A stretch of 32,000 bases of DNA, from the sequence record NC_043027.1; one strand, given 5' to 3'. The notes beneath the pieces are model-generated. The model saw only the letters and a list, made by a program, of their open reading frames with translations. It was not told the origin of the DNA and searched no databases. Of this stretch, positions 28,404-32,000 are shown piece after piece (the stretch's first letter is position 1; every line of letters starts with the position of its first letter). Source of the stretch: Bacillus phage PBS1. A program made the position numbers and the translations under genes.

Positions 28404-30640
28404 TTATTCTCTAGTTAGAGAATAAATTGCTTGTATTGCTTCATTCCCAATTTGACGAGAGTTTCGTCCCATTTGGTCTAACATATTCTTCTTTTCCCAT
28501 ATTAATCGTTCTGCTTCTTCATTAGCTTCTTTACTAAATACTCCACGTAGAGATACTGTATCACCCAAAATCTTCCAGTAGATTCGCTACATCTACTGCG
28601 TTCTCTTATGAACTGCTCTATATTACTATAGAGATGAGACTATATCTTCACAATATAATTGTGCCCTCCGTTTCCATTTAAAGAGGAATTATAACCTTAT
28701 TACGGAATACCTCTACCGCTTGGCTGTACTCTACTCCCTTCCTTCTAACTAGCGTTATCACAACGATCTGTTAGAGTGGTTTCGATAGTCGTTGAACCTT
28801 CATCTTTAAATGAATTAAAGATGCTTGGATGCTGATTGTCCATATAGGATTTTCCAGCAGTTAAAAGGGTTTTACTACGACAGTAGATTATTATCTTTTA
28901 TAGGTAAATACTAAATTACCACAATCCCATATTCTTTTAAATCTAGTTTTATCCATGATTTCAAATTCAGTACTATCATCACTATATAATTTTGGAAATT
29001 TCTTTTTGAGATTAGACTTTCTATAATTAAATCTATGGAATCGTTGAGTTTTTTCAACGTTAACATACCAATAGTTGGGTTTACTAATATGACTTAATTC
29101 AAATTTATTATTGATATAAACATTGCCATCTGACCAGCGTTTATCTGCATAGGTTATTAATTCTTTCCACTCATAATTTCTCTCGAAGTATTTGAGAAGT
29201 TTACTAAAAGCACCTATTACTCTATAGTCCATATCGGTAGCGAATCTTGATAGTTCAAAAATATTATCAGCACTATTTCTACCTAGGCTTTTTCTAAGTT
29301 TACTAAAAGTCATTACCGCTACAAGTTCATCGCCATCTTCTTTTGGAAGCCATAAGCCTAATTTAATTGATGACAAATCTTTTCCCTGAATGTGATTTCT
29401 TTCTAGGAATTCATTTTTAAAATTGTTATCAATTACTTCTACATAACAATTTCTAGCGTATATTTTAGTAGAATTATTTAATTTTAGTAGGTGTTTTATT
29501 TTTTCTTTTACTATGAGAGGTTTGTTAACCCATTCGTCTTCAAAAATTTGAATTAGTCTAATCCCTTTACTATTACATTTTTCTAATTTTTCTAAATGAT
29601 AGTTTCTTTTCTTCCCCATTTGCTCTGAATGCCAATATAAACCATTAAATTCAAAAGCAATTTTTTTGGAAGGAATAAATATATCAATCTCTTTACCTTC
29701 AAGTAATTTCCTGTCATTACATATGACTTTATCTACAACTAATCCTTTAATAAAAGAAGATAGTTCTTTTTCCATTTTTGATGAACTTTTAAATGCACAA
29801 TATGGACATCTATTTCCATTATCAAAGTTTTTAATTGTAACTTCATACTCCTTATTACAACTATGATGTAACAATCTAATCTTCGTTTTATTATTACGAT
29901 ATTCACCTAATAATGAATACTCATTATTTGTAACTAAGCTAATTTTTCTTTTAACCTCATCAGTAGTTAGTCTTCTTTTACCAGAACATTGAGGACATCT
30001 ATTTTTCAAAGCATAATAAGGAGTAGTCTTCCATTCATAATTACAGTCATTACATCTGAAAAGTATTTTGGTATCGATATTGATATATTTCTCAAGACTT
30101 ATAAGTCTTCCATTAGTCTTTTCTTTTAATTCCTTCTTAAACTCATCATTGCTTTTTAATCTTGATTTACCTTTATTAATATCAGCGCACTGAGGACATC
30201 TTCTACCATTATGAAATACATCAGGTCTAACCTCATATATATTTCCACATAATTCATGCCTTAATTTGATTTTAGTCTTATTGTTAATATATTCATTGGA
30301 TAAAACTGTATAGGTATTGTTAGTTAGTAATTTAACTTCTTCTTTGAATTCGTCCAGTGTCTTTTTATGTGGCATACATTAATACCTCCAAATAATTAAT
30401 AATTATTTGTTTATTTGACACTGTATTCCCTTAAAAAGAAATAATATTAATTTTTATCGTAGTCTCCGCCTAAAGCCTTTAAATAACCATTATAAGGAAT
30501 TACTGTATCAACAAAAAGTTCATCCTCTGCGGGATAGTCAGGGTATATAACAGGATAATCAGGTAAGTATCTATCTTCCAGCTTTTGAGGTCGTGTTTCC
30601 TTTGTTGAAAGAATTCTTATTTTACTTGGATAAATATTCT
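28404..30640 (-). CDS. 3' part of an RNA polymerase beta-prime-like gene: exons complement(28404..28565) and complement(30456..30640), upstream exon(s) outside the window
   Basis: Spliced product ...NIYPSKIRILSTKETRPQKLEDRYLPDYPVIYPDYPAEDELFVDTVIPYNGYLKALGGDYD|GDTVSLRGVFSKEANEEAERLIWEKKNMLDQMGRNSRQIGNEAIQAIYSLTRE*; DxDGD followed by a segment resembling cellular DFDGDQMAVHVPLSxEAQxEARxLM. Confidence 0.65.
28566..30455 (-). other. Group I intron (1,890 nt) with ORF located between the 5' splice site and the internal guide sequence (L1)
   Basis: P1: exon ACUACGAU x IGS GUCGUAGU, 8 bp with terminal U.G; P10 GGUG x UACU; core taactgctggaaaatcc / gacaatcagcatcc / gttcaacgactatcg / aagatatagtc; ends in G; frame restored GAT|GGT. 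Confidence 0.9.
28891..30375 (-). CDS. Intron-encoded protein: zinc-finger repeats, VSR/PD-(D/E)XK-like nuclease domain and C-terminal GNAT/Mom-like domain
   Basis: GGAGGTATTAATG start; repeats ending RCPQC/RCPQC/RCPYC; EGKEIDIFIPSKKIAFEFNGLYWHSEQ...KGIRLIQIFEDEW; C-terminal IFELSRFATDMDYRVIGAFSKLLKYFERNYEWKELITYADKRWSDGNVYINNKF. Confidence 0.75.
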   Translation of the reverse strand: MPHKKTLDEFKEEVKLLTNNTYTVLSNEYINNKTKIKLRHELCGNIYEVRPDVFHNGRRCPQCADINKGKSRLKSNDEFKKELKEKTNGRLISLEKYINIDTKILFRCNDCNYEWKTTPYYALKNRCPQCSGKRRLTTDEVKRKISLVTNNEYSLLGEYRNNKTKIRLLHHSCNKEYEVTIKNFDNGNRCPYCAFKSSSKMEKELSSFIKGLVVDKVICNDRKLLEGKEIDIFIPSKKIAFEFNGLYWHSEQMGKKRNYHLEKLEKCNSKGIRLIQIFEDEWVNKPLIVKEKIKHLLKLNNSTKIYARNCYVEVIDNNFKNEFLERNHIQGKDLSSIKLGLWLPKEDGDELVAVMTFSKLRKSLGRNSADNIFELSRFATDMDYRVIGAFSKLLKYFERNYEWKELITYADKRWSDGNVYINNKFELSHISKPNYWYVNVEKTQRFHRFNYRKSNLKKKFPKLYSDDSTEFEIMDKTRFKRIWDCGNLVFTYKR

Positions 30641-30727
30641 ATAGTGATAGGTAAAGATTTGATTTTATCTCCTCTTTTTCCCCCACTTCACACCCTACGT
30701 GCGACTTTCATCGCATAAGGCGTTCCA

Positions 30728-31645
30728 TCAATTTAATAAAAATTTTTTAATAAGAATTGGTATACTATCGATTGGTGTATCATATTTAATTCTAAGAATT
30801 GGTAAATTATATTTCTTACAAAAATCATTTTTAATATTATCATGTTTTTGTATTAATTCTAATTTTTTAATACGGTCATTTTCATCGTTACCAAAGATAG
30901 GAAGAAAATGTTGTCTACCATCATATTCTATTATAGCATTAAATTCCTCTACAAAAAAATCAAAAGGTAAGGGTTTTCTATCTTTACATTCTTTAAAAGT
31001 TTTTTGATAGGTATATTCTGTTCCCATATTATTTAAAATATTTTTTATTAATAATTCCCCACTACTCATTTTACAGTTTTTACATGAAAATTTATTAGAT
31101 GTAATATTTTTTAATGAAAATTTATTAATAGTATTACACTCTAAATGTATTATTTCTAATGGAGTTACATTATTTATATACTCACCAATCACTTTATACT
31201 CATTAGGATTTATTTTGTCTAACTGTTCTTGAACATATTCTTTATTTTTCTTAATAAGTCCTGAACAGTTAGGACAACGTCTCCCTAGAGATGTAAAATT
31301 TCCTGCTTTGACTTCATAAATGAATTTACATTTATTATGACGCATTGTTACCTTAGAATGATAATTTTTATAATTAGACAAAACAGTATATTCATCTTTT
31401 ACTAATTCCTTAACCTTATTGATAAATTTTTCTGTAGTTAACTTTTCTTTTGAATTACAATGAGGACATCCATAACCCTGTAATAAGTTACAAGGTCTTG
31501 CCTCAAATTCTTTATTACAAATTTCATGTAATATTAAAATTTTTGTTTTAGAATTAATATATTCACCAATTCGTTTGTAACCTTTTAGTATTTGATTTAG
31601 TCTTAAATCAAATGAAGTATTATCCAATTTTCTCATTAAAATCAC
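30728..31645 (-). CDS. Group II intron domain IV ORF: zinc-finger repeats plus PD-(D/E)XK/EDxHD-like endonuclease (likely start at 31636)
   Basis: HEICNKEFEARPCNLLQGYGCPHC, MRHNKCKFIYEVKAGNFTSLGRRCPNC repeats; GELLIKNILNNMGTEYTYQKTFKECKDRKPLPFDFFVEEFNAIIEYDGRQHF...DNIKNDFCKKYNLPILRIKY; no RT motifs. Confidence 0.8.
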   Translation of the reverse strand: MILMRKLDNTSFDLRLNQILKGYKRIGEYINSKTKILILHEICNKEFEARPCNLLQGYGCPHCNSKEKLTTEKFINKVKELVKDEYTVLSNYKNYHSKVTMRHNKCKFIYEVKAGNFTSLGRRCPNCSGLIKKNKEYVQEQLDKINPNEYKVIGEYINNVTPLEIIHLECNTINKFSLKNITSNKFSCKNCKMSSGELLIKNILNNMGTEYTYQKTFKECKDRKPLPFDFFVEEFNAIIEYDGRQHFLPIFGNDENDRIKKLELIQKHDNIKNDFCKKYNLPILRIKYDTPIDSIPILIKKFLLN

Positions 31646-31762
31646 TCCACATAACTATTTATTATTATGTTTTGTGATTGTTCGATTATTTTTATTAAAC
31701 TGACTATGACCCTTCGCTCCAATGGAGTTACCCATCTTCATAACTACTATGGTCTGCTGACT

Positions 31763-31803
31763 TTCTATATAAGAGTATCAACTATAATTTCTCTTATATA
31801 GAA
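31763..31803 (-). repeat. 13-bp perfect inverted repeat, a stem of the group II intron
   Basis: TTCTATATAAGAG ... CTCTTATATAGAA. Confidence 0.85.
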
Positions 31804-32000
31804 TCTCTGACGTTCCGTAAATGATAGTATAGCTATAACTTAGATGCCTTCTGCCCTATATAAACTTCTATTGTACCACACTTTACAATCAGGTCGTTCA
31901 CCAGTACCGTATTACTAAACCCTGAATTTATATAGTATAAAAAGGTTCGTGTTCCTCATCATATTATAGCACCGCCCACCCTATCTATTAGTATTATAGT

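Larger units (their letters stand above)
30641..32000 (-). other. Group II intron, 3' part (partial domain I through domain VI); 5' end beyond the window
   Basis: 34-nt domain V at 30690..30723 (ACGCCUUAUGCGAUGAAAGUCGCACGUAGGGUGU), domain VI AGUGGGGG/CCU-A-UCACU with bulged A at -8, 3' end ..CACUAU; upstream GGAGCGAAGGGUC and long stems; ORF between these regions. Confidence 0.85.

Noticed and set aside
28590-28880. Repeated gttcaacgacta / cagttcataagagaacg blocks as generic dispersed repeats or a CRISPR-like array
   Set aside because: They are conserved core and peripheral elements of group I introns in fixed order, with no spacer-repeat periodicity.
30447-30455. TAA at 30447-30449 as the natural C-terminus of the RNAP-like protein
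   Set aside because: It lies just after the predicted 5' splice site (after position 30456); splicing gives DYDGD and extends the protein to the stop at 28404.
31646-32000. Attempt to place the group II 5' splice site inside the window (e.g. near GGTGGGCGGTGC on the - strand)
   Set aside because: No clear GUGCG-type start with a coding 5' exon was found; the intron's 5' end most likely lies beyond position 32000.
1-32000. tRNA genes, CRISPR arrays, integrase/transposase modules, diversity-generating retroelements
   Set aside because: None could be recognised by eye; absence is provisional without tRNAscan or HMM searches.

Overview
This 32 kb window looks like part of a large, low-GC Firmicutes-type tailed phage (myovirus). 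A + strand block (1-14.7 kb) carries virion and packaging genes: acidic scaffold-like protein, major capsid protein, HEIGH metallopeptidase, terminase large subunit, tail sheath and tail tube. A mostly - strand block (14.7-31.6 kb) carries portal, DnaQ-like exonuclease, a family-B DNA polymerase fragment, an SbcC/gp46-like ATPase, a NADAR-like protein and small unknown genes. The strongest signal is dense, compact RNA-intron architecture. (1) terL is split by four ORF-less group I introns; I could reconstruct an uninterrupted 656-aa reading frame as join(5105..5707, 5997..6024, 6338..6381, 6700..6783, 7095..8306), with internal exons of only 28, 44 and 84 nt. (2) At the right end, on the - strand, an RNA-polymerase beta-prime-like gene (DYDGD catalytic motif) is interrupted exactly inside that motif by a 1,890-nt group I intron encoding a 494-aa zinc-finger/nuclease/GNAT-like protein. 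(3) The same gene is interrupted 185 nt upstream by a group II intron (34-nt domain V with a GAAA loop, domain VI with a bulged A at -8). Its visible domain IV ORF is not a reverse transcriptase but a 305-aa zinc-finger + PD-(D/E)XK nuclease sharing its repeat module with the group I intron ORF. A nuclease-armed, RT-less group II intron next to a related nuclease-armed group I intron at an RNAP active site is my main candidate for something previously undescribed. All calls are from reading the sequence; no database search or folding software was run.
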